Assembly (NCBI GenBank): GCA_037134915.1
Contig: JBAXLJ010000001.1
Span: 229,484-293,483, forward strand
Direction of reading: 5' to 3'
DNA length: 64,000 nucleotides
Source: Candidatus Falkowbacteria bacterium
Lineage (GTDB): Bacteria; Patescibacteriota; Patescibacteriia; Patescibacteriales; UBA12465
Shown here: piece after piece, positions 43,624 through 53,157 of the stretch
Numbering within the stretch: the first letter of the stretch is position 1
Layout: every line of letters begins with the position of its first letter
Program-made: the position numbers and the translations under genes
Notes under the pieces: model-generated
Seen by the model: only the letters and a program-made list of their open reading frames with translations
The model's database searches: none
Told to the model about the DNA's origin: nothing

Positions 43624-45384
43624 ATGGAAAAAAATGAAAAACTGCTTCAAACCTTGATTGATAAGGGTTTAATATCGGCTGAACAATTAGATGATTTGAA
43701 AAAACGTGGTGATGACGCCAAGGGTGACTTAGCTTCTTTAATTATACACGCCGGCTTAGTTGATGAAGAAGAGCTGGCTAAAGTAAGAGCGGAGCTGGCC
43801 GGGTTACCTTATTATAATATTCAAGACGAGGAACTGGCTGAAGGCGTTTTAAATTTTTTATCAGAAGAGATTGCCAGGACTTATAAGATAATTTGTTTTA
43901 GCCGAGAAGAGAAGGCCGTAAATATTGGTTTAGTGGAACCAGATTTAAGAGCTATGGAAGCGGTCAACTTTTTGGCGGCTGAAGATCATTTGCGTCCGGT
44001 CTTCTATTTAATTTCTGAGAGCAGCTGGCAAAAAGGGATTAAACAATATCAAAAAATTGAAGAAGAAATTTCCAGTGCTCTGGAGGTTAAAGCGAAAGAA
44101 GAAGGCGAAGAGTTAGTTCAAGTTAAAACCGATTCAGATGAAGGCGTCAATGATGAAGATATAAACAGCGCGCCGGTTTCTAAAATTGTGTCCGTTATTA
44201 TCCGTCACGCGGTTGAAGCCAGGGCCTCAGATATTCATATTGAGCCTTTTGCTAAAGAGAGTCGAGTTAGATATCGTATTGACGGTATTTTGCATACTTC
44301 ACTGACTTTACCTAAAAGTATTCACGCGGCGATTATCGCTCGTATTAAAGTGCTAGCTAAACTTAAATTAGATGAGACTCGGGTGCCTCAAGATGGTCGT
44401 ATCCGTTTAATTATTAACGGTCGCGAGATCGATTTTCGTGTCTCCACTTTGCCACTGGCTTCAATGGAAAAAGTGGTAATGAGAATCTTGGACAGTAATC
44501 GCGGGACGCCAACGCTGGAGTCTTTAGGTTTTAACGCTAACACTTCGGCTTGTATTCGGCGCGGTATGAAAAAAACTAGTGGTATCTTGCTGGTTACCGG
44601 TCCGACTGGGTCAGGAAAAACTACCACGCTTTATTCGGTTCTGACGGTTTTAAATCAAGAGAATGTTAACATCTCCACTCTGGAAGATCCGGTTGAATAT
44701 GAAATTAAAGGGGTTAATCAGGCCCAAATCAGACCTAATGTCGGTTTTACTTTTGCGACTGGTTTGCGTTCATTGCTGCGTCAAGATCCTAATATTATCA
44801 TGGTGGGAGAAATTCGTGATGAGGAAACGGCTGAACTGGCTATTAACGCCGCTTTAACCGGTCACTTAGTGTTGTCTACCTTGCATACTAATGATGCCTT
44901 AGGCACCATCTTCCGTTTGCTTGATATGAAGGTGGAATTTTTCTTACTAGCCTCAACTTTAAAAACTGTGGTCGCTCAGCGTTTAGCCCGGCAGCTCTGT
45001 AATAATTGCAAACAGCCAATGGAATTATCAGCGGAAGAATTGGTGGAAATTACTCGGGAGCTCAGACTGATTCCTGAGGCAATTTTAAAGATGGAAGTGG
45101 CCAATTTTACTACTGTAGATGATTTTTTGAAAAATATGGTTTTTTATAAAGCCGTGGGCTGTTCGCATTGCGAAAGCACCGGTTATCTAAGCCGAACTTC
45201 AGTTTCTGAGGCAATCGAAATTAATGATGCTTTACGAGAGAGTATTAATAATGGGAGCAAAGATTTAACTTTAGAAGCCATTAAGAAAAGCCAAGATTTT
45301 ATTTCAATTAAACAAGACGGTTTCTTAAAAGCCGCTAAAGGAGTAACTACAGTTGAAGAAATTTTAAGAGTTATTGAAAGTTAA
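43624..45384 (+). CDS. pilB: Type IV pilus assembly ATPase PilB (GspE family)
   Basis: Walker A GPTGSGKTT, Asp/His boxes, tetracysteine CNNC..CSHC. Confidence 0.93.
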   Translation: MEKNEKLLQTLIDKGLISAEQLDDLKKRGDDAKGDLASLIIHAGLVDEEELAKVRAELAGLPYYNIQDEELAEGVLNFLSEEIARTYKIICFSREEKAVNIGLVEPDLRAMEAVNFLAAEDHLRPVFYLISESSWQKGIKQYQKIEEEISSALEVKAKEEGEELVQVKTDSDEGVNDEDINSAPVSKIVSVIIRHAVEARASDIHIEPFAKESRVRYRIDGILHTSLTLPKSIHAAIIARIKVLAKLKLDETRVPQDGRIRLIINGREIDFRVSTLPLASMEKVVMRILDSNRGTPTLESLGFNANTSACIRRGMKKTSGILLVTGPTGSGKTTTLYSVLTVLNQENVNISTLEDPVEYEIKGVNQAQIRPNVGFTFATGLRSLLRQDPNIIMVGEIRDEETAELAINAALTGHLVLSTLHTNDALGTIFRLLDMKVEFFLLASTLKTVVAQRLARQLCNNCKQPMELSAEELVEITRELRLIPEAILKMEVANFTTVDDFLKNMVFYKAVGCSHCESTGYLSRTSVSEAIEINDALRESINNGSKDLTLEAIKKSQDFISIKQDGFLKAAKGVTTVEEILRVIES

Positions 45385-45397
45385 TTTAAATTTATTT

Positions 45398-46603
45398 ATG
45401 CCAATTTTTCGCTATAAAGCTCACACCAAAAAAGGTAAGGTTAAATCCGGAATTGATATCGGCTTAAATGAAGCTGATTTAGTCGCTCGTTTTCGGCGCA
45501 AAGAGCTGGAAATTTTTTCTTTGGTGCCTGCTGAAGATGATTTAGAAACCAAAATAAAATTATTTGTCGAGCGTTCTAACACTAAAGATTTAGTAATTTT
45601 TTCGCGCCAATTCTCAGTGATGATTTCGGCTAATGTGCCGGTAGTGGAGTCCCTTCTTATTTTAATTGAGCAAACCGAAAATTTTTCACTCAAGAACATG
45701 ATTGCCGATATTGCATTTGAAGTCGATGCTGGTTCGCTGCTCTCCGATTCTTTTGAAAAAAGACCAGAGGTCTTTTCTAATTTTTTCGTCAACATTATTC
45801 GGTCTGGGGAAACTTCTGGTAAATTAGATGAAGTGCTTAATTATTTAGCCGATGAAATGGAGAAAAGTTATGATATGGCCTCGAAGGTTAAGGGGGCGAT
45901 GATTTATCCAATTTTTATCTTAGTCGGACTAATTGGCGTGGCGATTGTTTTGATGGTTTATGTAATTCCTAATTTGACTTCGGTGCTGACAGAGTCGGGC
46001 GCCGAATTACCCTTTGCCACTCGCGTGGTTATTGGCACTTCTAATTTTTTAACTAAATATTTATTATTGTTATTTTTGGCCTGTGTTGGTTTAGCTTTCT
46101 TGGCCCGTTTATATCTTAAGACTTATAACGGTCAGCGTAATTTAGATATTGTTAAGTTGCGGATGCCAATTTTTGGCACACTCTTTAAATATATTTATCT
46201 GATGCGTTTTACCCGTTCGCTCTCTACCTTACTTAAAGGTGGCGTGACTATTACTAAGAGTTTAGAGATTGTGGCTGATGTGGTCAGTAACGTTATTTAT
46301 AAGGAAATTATTTTAGCTACTTTAGAATCGATCAATGATGGTAATCCATTATCTACGGTTATGGAAAACGAACCAACAATTCCGAAAATGGTGCCACAAA
46401 TGTTAGCGGTTGGTGAACGTACCGGTAAGATTGATGTGGTTCTGGATAAAATTACCGAATTTTATAGTCGGGAAGCGGATAAAATGCTGGCTAATTTAAG
46501 TACCTTGATGGAGCCAGTGATTATGACCGTAATGGGTATCGGCGTCGGAATTATGGTGGCGGCGGTTATTATGCCGATGTATAACATGGCTAGCCAGTTC
46601 TAA
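45398..46603 (+). CDS. pilC: Type IV pilus platform protein PilC (GspF family), intact copy
   Basis: Two GspF-type repeats with 3 TM. ATG 45398 follows the pilB stop; ORF-track TTG 45374 is unlikely. Confidence 0.9.
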   Translation: MPIFRYKAHTKKGKVKSGIDIGLNEADLVARFRRKELEIFSLVPAEDDLETKIKLFVERSNTKDLVIFSRQFSVMISANVPVVESLLILIEQTENFSLKNMIADIAFEVDAGSLLSDSFEKRPEVFSNFFVNIIRSGETSGKLDEVLNYLADEMEKSYDMASKVKGAMIYPIFILVGLIGVAIVLMVYVIPNLTSVLTESGAELPFATRVVIGTSNFLTKYLLLLFLACVGLAFLARLYLKTYNGQRNLDIVKLRMPIFGTLFKYIYLMRFTRSLSTLLKGGVTITKSLEIVADVVSNVIYKEIILATLESINDGNPLSTVMENEPTIPKMVPQMLAVGERTGKIDVVLDKITEFYSREADKMLANLSTLMEPVIMTVMGIGVGIMVAAVIMPMYNMASQF

Positions 46604-46685
46604 CTCTTGTAGTGTTTATTGATTATGATATAATATTAAGGTATTATAATTTATATACTAAAATAAATAGTTTAAAAAAAATTTT

Positions 46686-47099
46686 ATGAAGAAGAAAGGT
46701 TTTACCTTGATTGAATTACTCGTCGTTGTGGCCATTATCGGATTGCTGGCGACCCTATCAATCGTGGCTTTAAATAACGCTCGTGCCCGGGCTCGTGATG
46801 CTAAGCGGGTGGCCGATGTTAAACAAGTTCAAACCGCTCTAGAGCTTTATTATAACGATCAAGGTTCTTACCCAACCTCAATTCCAACCTCCGGAGTAAT
46901 GATTGCTAGCGGAACAACAGTTTACATGAATCAGATTCCTGTTGCCCCAACTCCATTTGATGGTGGTTGCACCGCCGCTAACAACTCTTATGTTTATGCC
47001 GGCACCTCTCAGACTTACACTTTAACTTACTGTTTAGGTAACGCCACTGGTGGCATTGTCGCCGGTTACGGCACCGCCACTCCAGCGGGTATCAGATAA
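46686..47099 (+). CDS. Type IV pilin paralog 1
   Basis: Prepilin leader MKKKG|FTLIELLVVVAIIG; C-terminal TATPAGI. Confidence 0.9.
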   Translation: MKKKGFTLIELLVVVAIIGLLATLSIVALNNARARARDAKRVADVKQVQTALELYYNDQGSYPTSIPTSGVMIASGTTVYMNQIPVAPTPFDGGCTAANNSYVYAGTSQTYTLTYCLGNATGGIVAGYGTATPAGIR

Positions 47100-47120
47100 A
47101 TATCTAGCTTTATTATAAGA

Positions 47121-47157
47121 ATCAAGTATTTCTAAAAAAGATACTTGATTTTTTTAT
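47121..47157 (+). terminator. Intrinsic terminator after pilin 1
   Basis: ATCAAGTAT...ATACTTGAT followed by T7. Confidence 0.8.
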
Positions 47158-47231
47158 TTTGGTGATATTTATTTGCTATAGATTATAAAAAGTTGTATAC
47201 TTTTAGCGTAATATTTTTTTAGTAAAACAGT

Positions 47232-47657
47232 ATGCACAAGAAAGGTTTCACCTTGATCGAGTTGTTAGTGGTCGTGGCTATTATCGGGCTTCTAGCTACA
47301 CTGTCTATGGTAGCGTTAAATAATGCCCGAGCTCGATCGCGTGACGCTAAAAGAGTGGCTGATGTCAAACAAATGCAAACTGCTCTCGAACTTTATTTTA
47401 ATGATCAGGGAACTTATCCTTCAGCGGTGCCTACTTCCGGAACGACCATTGCTAGCGGCACGGTTGTTTATATGAATAAGGTGCCTGTGCCGCCGCTGCC
47501 CGTTGATGGCACTTCTTGCCCCGCGAATCCGACGGCCTATACTTACGGTCAAACTGATTCGGGCAGATCTTACACTATCGCTTATTGTTTAGGAAATACC
47601 ACCGGCGGAATTGCGGGTAACGTGGTGTCGACGGCTACCCCAGCTGGCATAAAATAA
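47232..47657 (+). CDS. Type IV pilin paralog 2
   Basis: MHKKG|FTLIELLVVVAIIG; C-terminal TATPAGI. Confidence 0.9.
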   Translation: MHKKGFTLIELLVVVAIIGLLATLSMVALNNARARSRDAKRVADVKQMQTALELYFNDQGTYPSAVPTSGTTIASGTVVYMNKVPVPPLPVDGTSCPANPTAYTYGQTDSGRSYTIAYCLGNTTGGIAGNVVSTATPAGIK

Positions 47658-47714
47658 TTTATTTAAAAACTTTAAAACATTTAAAATATTTGTTTTAATC
47701 TAATTTATCTCAAT

Positions 47715-48146
47715 ATGAACAAGAAAAAAGGTTTTACCTTAATTGAATTGCTGGTGGTAGTCGCTATCATCGGCTTGCTAGCCACTTTATCAATTGTGGC
47801 CTTAAATAATGCTCGTGCTCGGGCTCGTGACGCTAAAAGAATCGCTGATATCAAGCAGATTCAAACCGCTTTAGAGCTTTATTACAATGATTGGGCAACT
47901 TACCCTGGCTCTATAAGCTCAGGAAGTGCAATTGCTAGCGGTACTGTCTATATGAATCAGGTACCAAACGCTCCAACTCCATTTGATAACAGTGGAACAG
48001 CTAATTGTACTGCCGCTAACAATCTTTATACTTATGCGGTTACTGGCGGAGCTTCACAAACTTACACTTTGACTTACTGTCTCGGTAATGCCACTGGTGG
48101 CGTTGCGGCTGGTTTAGGAACAGCGACTCCGGCCGGTATTAAATAA
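47715..48146 (+). CDS. Type IV pilin paralog 3
   Basis: MNKKKG|FTLIELLVVVAIIG; C-terminal TATPAGI. Confidence 0.9.
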   Translation: MNKKKGFTLIELLVVVAIIGLLATLSIVALNNARARARDAKRIADIKQIQTALELYYNDWATYPGSISSGSAIASGTVYMNQVPNAPTPFDNSGTANCTAANNLYTYAVTGGASQTYTLTYCLGNATGGVAAGLGTATPAGIK

Positions 48147-48165
48147 AAAATTGTTTAGTTTAAAA

Positions 48166-48195
48166 ATCAAGCGCCTAAAAACGCTTGATTTTTTG
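48166..48195 (+). terminator. Intrinsic terminator after pilin 3
   Basis: ATCAAGCG-CCTAAAAA-CGCTTGAT followed by T-run. It lies inside the ORF-track N-terminal extension of the next gene. Confidence 0.8.
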
Positions 48196-48255
48196 TTGCC
48201 ACTAAGAGAAAAAAGTTGTATAGTTTTATTTATAATTACTTTTTATTTAAAAAAT

Positions 48256-48678
48256 ATGAGAAAAAAAGGTTTTACCTTGATTGAATTACTAGTCGTGGTG
48301 GCCATTATCGGCTTACTGGCGACCCTATCGATCGTGGCCCTAAACAATGCCCGAGCTCGATCGCGCGACGCTAAACGAGTAGCCGATGTGAAGCAGATGC
48401 AAACGGCTTTGGAGCTTTATTTTAATGATAACGCCTCTTATCCAAGTAGCGTGACCCCCGGTGGCGTCATTAGTGTCACCAGCACAGTTTATATGAATCG
48501 GGTTCCAGTGCCACCACTGCCAGCTGATGGCGGCGCGCTTTGTCCGGCTAACCCGACGGCTTATACTTACGGTCAAACTGATTCCGGCCGTTCTTACACG
48601 ATTTCTTATTGTTTAGGTTTCACCACCGGAACGATTTTGCCTGGCGTCGGCACGGCGACACCAGCTGGTATTGATTAG
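48256..48678 (+). CDS. Type IV pilin paralog 4 (true start ATG 48256)
   Basis: MRKKG|FTLIELLVVVAIIG; C-terminal TATPAGI. Confidence 0.88.
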   Translation: MRKKGFTLIELLVVVAIIGLLATLSIVALNNARARSRDAKRVADVKQMQTALELYFNDNASYPSSVTPGGVISVTSTVYMNRVPVPPLPADGGALCPANPTAYTYGQTDSGRSYTISYCLGFTTGTILPGVGTATPAGID

Positions 48679-48764
48679 AATTTTCAAATTTTTGGCCTTA
48701 ATCCCGACTCGTAATCCTGCGAGCCGGGATTTTCTTTTGCCAGAAAAATCGGTATAATGAAAGT

Positions 48765-49733
48765 ATGAAAATTTTGCCTTTACTGAATACAAAAGTTGTT
48801 CAGGATTTTTTAGTCAAAGCCGCACCTAATTCGGGGGCGGAGTTTTTGGCGTCTCTTGAGTGGGCGGAAATTTTAAAAACTGAAGGGGCCAAAGTCGAAA
48901 CTCTAGGCGTTTATAATGACAATCAAGAACTAGTGGCCGTTTTTAATTTAATTTACCAGCGTCTATCCGTGGTTTATTCGCCACGCGGTCCGGTTTTTAA
49001 TCGGGGTTTATCCCAAGGCGAGCAAGTGGAAATCCTACAATTTTTAATCACTTATTTAAGAAATAAAAAGATAATTTTTTGGCGGGTTGAGCCTCGGGAA
49101 ATTTTACCCCCAGGTTTAAGCTTTAAAAAAGTTAAAAATTTACAGCCTCAAAAAACTTTAATGCTGAATTTAGAAGTTAGTGAGACGGAGTTGTTAAATA
49201 GTTTTCATCCAAAAACACGCTACAACATTAAATTAGCTGACAAGAAAGGCGTGGTTATTCGTGAGGGGGTAAATGCTACCGATTTTGAAGACTTTTGGTC
49301 TTTGATGGGTGAGACGGGTCGTCGCGATGCTTTTAAAATCCATAACAAAAATCATTATTTAAAACTGGCGACCGCTAAACCGGAATTTATTAAATTACTT
49401 TTGGCCCAAGTTAATCATCAGACGGTAGCCGCTGGTTTGTTTGCTTTCTATGGTAATAAAGTAACTTATTTACACGGCGCCTCTTCATATCAAAATCGGC
49501 AATTAATGGCGCCCTATCTTCTGCAGTGGACTTTAATTAAAATGGCGCGGGCGAGTCATTATAAGTACTATGATTTCTACGGCGTGGACGGACTTAAATG
49601 GCCGGGAGTGACTCGTTTTAAATTAGGCTTTTCTGGTTTTTCGGTTTCCTATGCGGGCACCTACGATTTAATTTTAAATCCAATAAAATATTATTTATAT
49701 AACCTGCTTAAAAAAGTTAAACGTTTTTTATGA
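48765..49733 (+). CDS. FemAB-family peptidoglycan interpeptide-bridge aminoacyltransferase
   Basis: ~320 aa with the family pattern KTRYNIKLADKKGV and ...YLHGASS... Confidence 0.78.
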   Translation: MKILPLLNTKVVQDFLVKAAPNSGAEFLASLEWAEILKTEGAKVETLGVYNDNQELVAVFNLIYQRLSVVYSPRGPVFNRGLSQGEQVEILQFLITYLRNKKIIFWRVEPREILPPGLSFKKVKNLQPQKTLMLNLEVSETELLNSFHPKTRYNIKLADKKGVVIREGVNATDFEDFWSLMGETGRRDAFKIHNKNHYLKLATAKPEFIKLLLAQVNHQTVAAGLFAFYGNKVTYLHGASSYQNRQLMAPYLLQWTLIKMARASHYKYYDFYGVDGLKWPGVTRFKLGFSGFSVSYAGTYDLILNPIKYYLYNLLKKVKRFL

Positions 49734-50191
49734 TTGAAATTACCAACACCACCAAACTTAAAATAAATAAAAAACAGCTGACTAATTTGAGTGAAGCCTT
49801 TTTGCAGACTTTTAAAAAAAGCCGCGTGGATGTTTCAATCGCTATTGTCGGCGACTTACAGATTAAAAGGCTTAATGATAAATATCGCGGACACAACACC
49901 ACAACAGACGTCTTGTCTTTTGCGGGAGCGGAGTGGGAAGGGAATCTGCTTGGCGAACTGATTATTAATCCCCGAGAAATAAAGCGCTTACATAAATATC
50001 GCGAGATTTTGGAATTTGTTGGATTAAAATATCCGCCAGTTAAGCTTAAATCAGCGGAGACTTATTTATTTTATTTTATTTTGATTCACGGACTCTTGCA
50101 TCTAATCGGTTATAACGATGAAACTGAAGAAGATCGTTTGCAAATGCTGCAAATCGGTCGCGATTTTTTGGACAAACATGGTATAATTTAA
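49730..50191 (+). CDS. ybeY: rRNA maturation endoribonuclease YbeY
   Basis: HGLLHLIGYNDE metal-binding motif (HGxLHLxGYD-type); 153 aa. Confidence 0.86.
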   Translation: MIEITNTTKLKINKKQLTNLSEAFLQTFKKSRVDVSIAIVGDLQIKRLNDKYRGHNTTTDVLSFAGAEWEGNLLGELIINPREIKRLHKYREILEFVGLKYPPVKLKSAETYLFYFILIHGLLHLIGYNDETEEDRLQMLQIGRDFLDKHGII

Positions 50192-50193
50192 TT

Positions 50194-51522
50194 ATGGTTA
50201 AATCTTTTTTAAAAATAATAATCCTATTTTCCTTAGTGGCTACGGTTTTTTTATTACAACCAGTAAAGCCCGCTCAGGCCTCAACCGCGGATAATATCCG
50301 AGGCTTAGCTTATAATAGTTTATATGGTTATATTAGTTTTAATTGCTTGGATGATGATTTTTCTGGTCGTTTTCCGTTCACTTTTCCCTTTACTTTTAAC
50401 ATCATTGCGTGCGCCAATAATAATCACGGCGTTAATTTAAGTGCTGACAATAATTTCTCCGGCGACGCTTGGAATACTTTTTTAGGACTAATTACTTTTA
50501 CTAGCACTTCGACGCCGCCTGACGGCGGTGCTTTTAGAGCCAACTGTGAAAATAGTGTGGCCACTAGCACAGCTTGCTATCGGGAACTTGACCGTAAAAT
50601 TTATGGTTATATGCGGGTAGTTTCAACTGGCGATTGGATTAACTTAAATGATTCTTCGATAACGCCGACAGCGGGGATTACTAATTATAACGATCCGGCG
50701 CCGGGTATTTTTTCTGGTTATGCCAGTTCGAGTTTTGGCGCTATTAGTTTTAACTGCACTAATGATGGTTCTTGTGCTACCAATAATTACAGCGTGGAAA
50801 TCGGCCCCACAGAAATTAGGCAGATGACCGCTCCGAATTGGGATAGCGTTTCAGCTTGTGCTAATGGGGCCGCTCACGCCTTTCTAAAGTGGAGTCGGCG
50901 CAGTGGTACGCAAACGGCTTATCAGTTGATTGTGAGTACGGCTAATAGCACCAGCAGTGGCGTGGTGGTTGATACTGGTAAAGTTAGTAACAGTGCGACG
51001 CAATACTCTTTTACGCCGCCAACAACTGATACGGCTTATTATTGGTTTTTAAGATTGTGGGACATCACCGATACCGTTACTCCTTGGCGGCAATTTAACA
51101 CCAGTGGTACCAAAGATTGGATCACCGATAATTATAACCGTAATTTACAGCGAGGTAATTCGGCCACTTTTACTAGTTATAAACACGAATTTCCACTGCC
51201 GCAGTTCACTTGGAATCCCATCGAAATTGTGGTGGCCACTACTAGTAATAGTTTTATCAGTAACTCTTCCTATTACACCGACGCCAATGTTATGCAAACT
51301 TGTAGTAGCGGTTCAGTCTGTTCTTATCTTTGGTCGGTGAGCGACGCAGGGGCGGTCGTTAGTAACCCAACCTCACCATCAACTTCCATTATGTTTACTC
51401 GAGCGACTAATACGGTGGTGACTTTATCTTCAACGGATGATGATATTTATACTTGTTCCACCTCGACGATGTTAAATGTTAATTTCTTACTACCAACTTG
51501 GAAAGAGGTTAAAGCTCAATAA
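50194..51522 (+). CDS. Secreted hypothetical protein with FN3-like module, inside the pilus locus
   Basis: Signal peptide ..VKPAQA|S. The segment LKWSRRSGTQTAYQLIVS...YYWFLRLWD resembles an FN3-like beta-sandwich. Confidence 0.5.
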   Translation: MVKSFLKIIILFSLVATVFLLQPVKPAQASTADNIRGLAYNSLYGYISFNCLDDDFSGRFPFTFPFTFNIIACANNNHGVNLSADNNFSGDAWNTFLGLITFTSTSTPPDGGAFRANCENSVATSTACYRELDRKIYGYMRVVSTGDWINLNDSSITPTAGITNYNDPAPGIFSGYASSSFGAISFNCTNDGSCATNNYSVEIGPTEIRQMTAPNWDSVSACANGAAHAFLKWSRRSGTQTAYQLIVSTANSTSSGVVVDTGKVSNSATQYSFTPPTTDTAYYWFLRLWDITDTVTPWRQFNTSGTKDWITDNYNRNLQRGNSATFTSYKHEFPLPQFTWNPIEIVVATTSNSFISNSSYYTDANVMQTCSSGSVCSYLWSVSDAGAVVSNPTSPSTSIMFTRATNTVVTLSSTDDDIYTCSTSTMLNVNFLLPTWKEVKAQ

Positions 51523-51528
51523 TTTTTT

Positions 51529-52077
51529 ATGAAAAAATCCGGCTTTACGTTAATTGAACTCATTGTTTCGGTCACTATTATTGCTTTAGTAACGGGAATT
51601 TTTTTGGCAAATTATAGCTCGGCTAATCGCCGTTCGGATTTAACCATGACAGCACAGAAAATGGTGACTGATATTCGAACGGCTCAAAATTATGCCTTAG
51701 GCTTAACTCGCTACGGTACTAGTGGTTCGACTAATGTTCCTTTTGGTGGCTGGGGGCTTCACTTCGATTTGCAAAATTATGGCGTTAATAAGTATGTAAT
51801 TTTTGCTGATGATGATGGTGATAAAATTTATGATAGTGGCGAGGATCTGGTTTCTAAGGGGGCGCAAGTGACAACTTTACCTAACAACATTAGTATTAGT
51901 TCACTGTCAACGGGGAATAAGGCGGATATAACTTTTTTGCCACCCGATCCAGTTACTACCATTACCGGTTCATCAGCGACCAGTTCGCAGCTAAATATTA
52001 TTCTCAAAGATAACAAAACTAACGCAATTAAAACGGTGCGCGTTAATTTTTTGGGTTTAGTTGAAGTCATTGATTAG
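51529..52077 (+). CDS. Minor pilin / pseudopilin (GspH/FimT-like)
   Basis: MKKSG|FTLIELIVSVTIIA prepilin N-terminus. Confidence 0.8.
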   Translation: MKKSGFTLIELIVSVTIIALVTGIFLANYSSANRRSDLTMTAQKMVTDIRTAQNYALGLTRYGTSGSTNVPFGGWGLHFDLQNYGVNKYVIFADDDGDKIYDSGEDLVSKGAQVTTLPNNISISSLSTGNKADITFLPPDPVTTITGSSATSSQLNIILKDNKTNAIKTVRVNFLGLVEVID

Positions 52078-52078
52078 T

Positions 52079-52597
52079 ATGAAATTATTTAAGAAACTAC
52101 AAACTAAAGCCGGCTTTTCGCTAATTGAAATTTTAGCCGTTTTGTTTGTAGTGTCTACTTCGCTTTTAGGTATTTTGTCGCTCATTAATCAAAATATTCA
52201 AGTTCAAAGCATCAACCGTAATAATTTAATTGCTTCCAGTCTGGCTCAGGAAGGAGTCGAACTGATTCGGCAAACCAGGGACTCCAATTGGCGGGCCGGA
52301 GTGGCATATGGCACTAATTTAGGGACCGGTTCTTATCGCATTGATTATCGTCAAGACGCGCCGACGCCGGTTAGCACGCTGTCGGAAGCGCAAATTTATT
52401 TGAAAAATGGTTTTTATGTAAATAATAGTGGCGGTGAAACCGGCCTGACACCGACTATTTTTTACCGACAAGTTTTTTTAAATAAACCCAGTGGTTATTT
52501 AGGGGCGCCACTGCAAGTCAGGGTGCTGATTTCTTGGACAGACCGTAAGCATCCGTATAATTATGAACTAAGAACTTTACTTTTTGATTGGCGCTAA
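52079..52597 (+). CDS. Minor pilin / pseudopilin (PilV/GspI-like)
   Basis: ..TKAG|FSLIEILAVLFVV prepilin N-terminus. ATG 52079 follows the upstream stop. Confidence 0.75.
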   Translation: MKLFKKLQTKAGFSLIEILAVLFVVSTSLLGILSLINQNIQVQSINRNNLIASSLAQEGVELIRQTRDSNWRAGVAYGTNLGTGSYRIDYRQDAPTPVSTLSEAQIYLKNGFYVNNSGGETGLTPTIFYRQVFLNKPSGYLGAPLQVRVLISWTDRKHPYNYELRTLLFDWR

Positions 52598-52602
52598 AAA
52601 AT

Positions 52603-53154
52603 ATGAATGGATTGAAAAATAAAACTGGTTTTTCTTTGATTGAGGTGCTAGTGGCCACTTCGCTGTTTGTGATAATTGTCACCGCCTCTTTGGGTGTTTT
52701 TAAAATGGTGATTGACAGTCAAAGAAGTGCGATTGCCACCCAGAATGTGGAGGAGAGTTTGAAATATTTTTTAGAGGTTACTGGCAAGGAAATTAGAATG
52801 GCCAAACGTAATAACGGTTTGTGCAGCGGTCCTAGCAGTACCGATATTTATTATTCCGTTGATAATACTTTAACTTTTCGCAATTATCATGATCAGTGTG
52901 TGACTTATTCTTTGAGTTCTTTTCAGGGAATCAGCCGTTTTACAATTACCAGGGATGGTTTAACTGATTTTATTACCCCAGCCAAAATTAATTTGGATGA
53001 ACTAAATTTTGTGTTACGCCCTGAGGGTGGAACCAATAATAATCAGCCCACGGTGACGATGGAACTAGTGGCACACGCCTTAGGTTTGTACAGCGCTAAA
53101 TCAGAAATCAGGATTCAAACGACTTTAACTTCCAGATATTATTTATTAAATTAA
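52603..53154 (+). CDS. Minor pilin / pseudopilin (PilW/GspJ-like)
   Basis: ..NKTG|FSLIEVLVATSLFV prepilin N-terminus. Confidence 0.72.
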   Translation: MNGLKNKTGFSLIEVLVATSLFVIIVTASLGVFKMVIDSQRSAIATQNVEESLKYFLEVTGKEIRMAKRNNGLCSGPSSTDIYYSVDNTLTFRNYHDQCVTYSLSSFQGISRFTITRDGLTDFITPAKINLDELNFVLRPEGGTNNNQPTVTMELVAHALGLYSAKSEIRIQTTLTSRYYLLN

Positions 53155-53157
53155 TTT

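Larger units (their letters stand above)
45814..51320 (+). repeat. Copy 1 of a direct repeat of at least 5,507 bp (offset 12,680 bp); no differences found where checked
   Basis: All seven ORF translations are identical to the second copy, and ORF coordinates are all shifted by exactly 12,680. Spot-checked non-coding stretches are identical. Confidence 0.95.

Noticed and set aside
48151-48255. N-terminal extension of pilin 4 given by the ORF track (and its duplicate at 60831-60935)
   Set aside because: The extension runs across a clear intrinsic terminator (48166-48195). The prepilin leader MRKKG|FTLIEL starts at ATG 48256.
4654-52070. Short antisense or overlapping ORFs in the track. Examples: 4654-4857(-), 6054-6257, 7044-7427, 8852-9043, 11293-11478, 11612-11800(-), 12240-12588(-), 14489-14992(-), 18097-18800, 20194-20397, 23137-23739, 25585-25857, 26860-27162, 29747-30019(-), 31020-31202(-), 32326-32616(-), 39044-39304, 40479-40664, 44388-44857, 45421-45795(-), 48340-48576(-), 49717-49902(-), 51104-51340, 51828-52070(-), and the duplicate-copy equivalents.
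   Set aside because: Each lies inside or antisense to a longer ORF with clear family motifs, and each has low-complexity or implausible composition. They are treated as non-coding.
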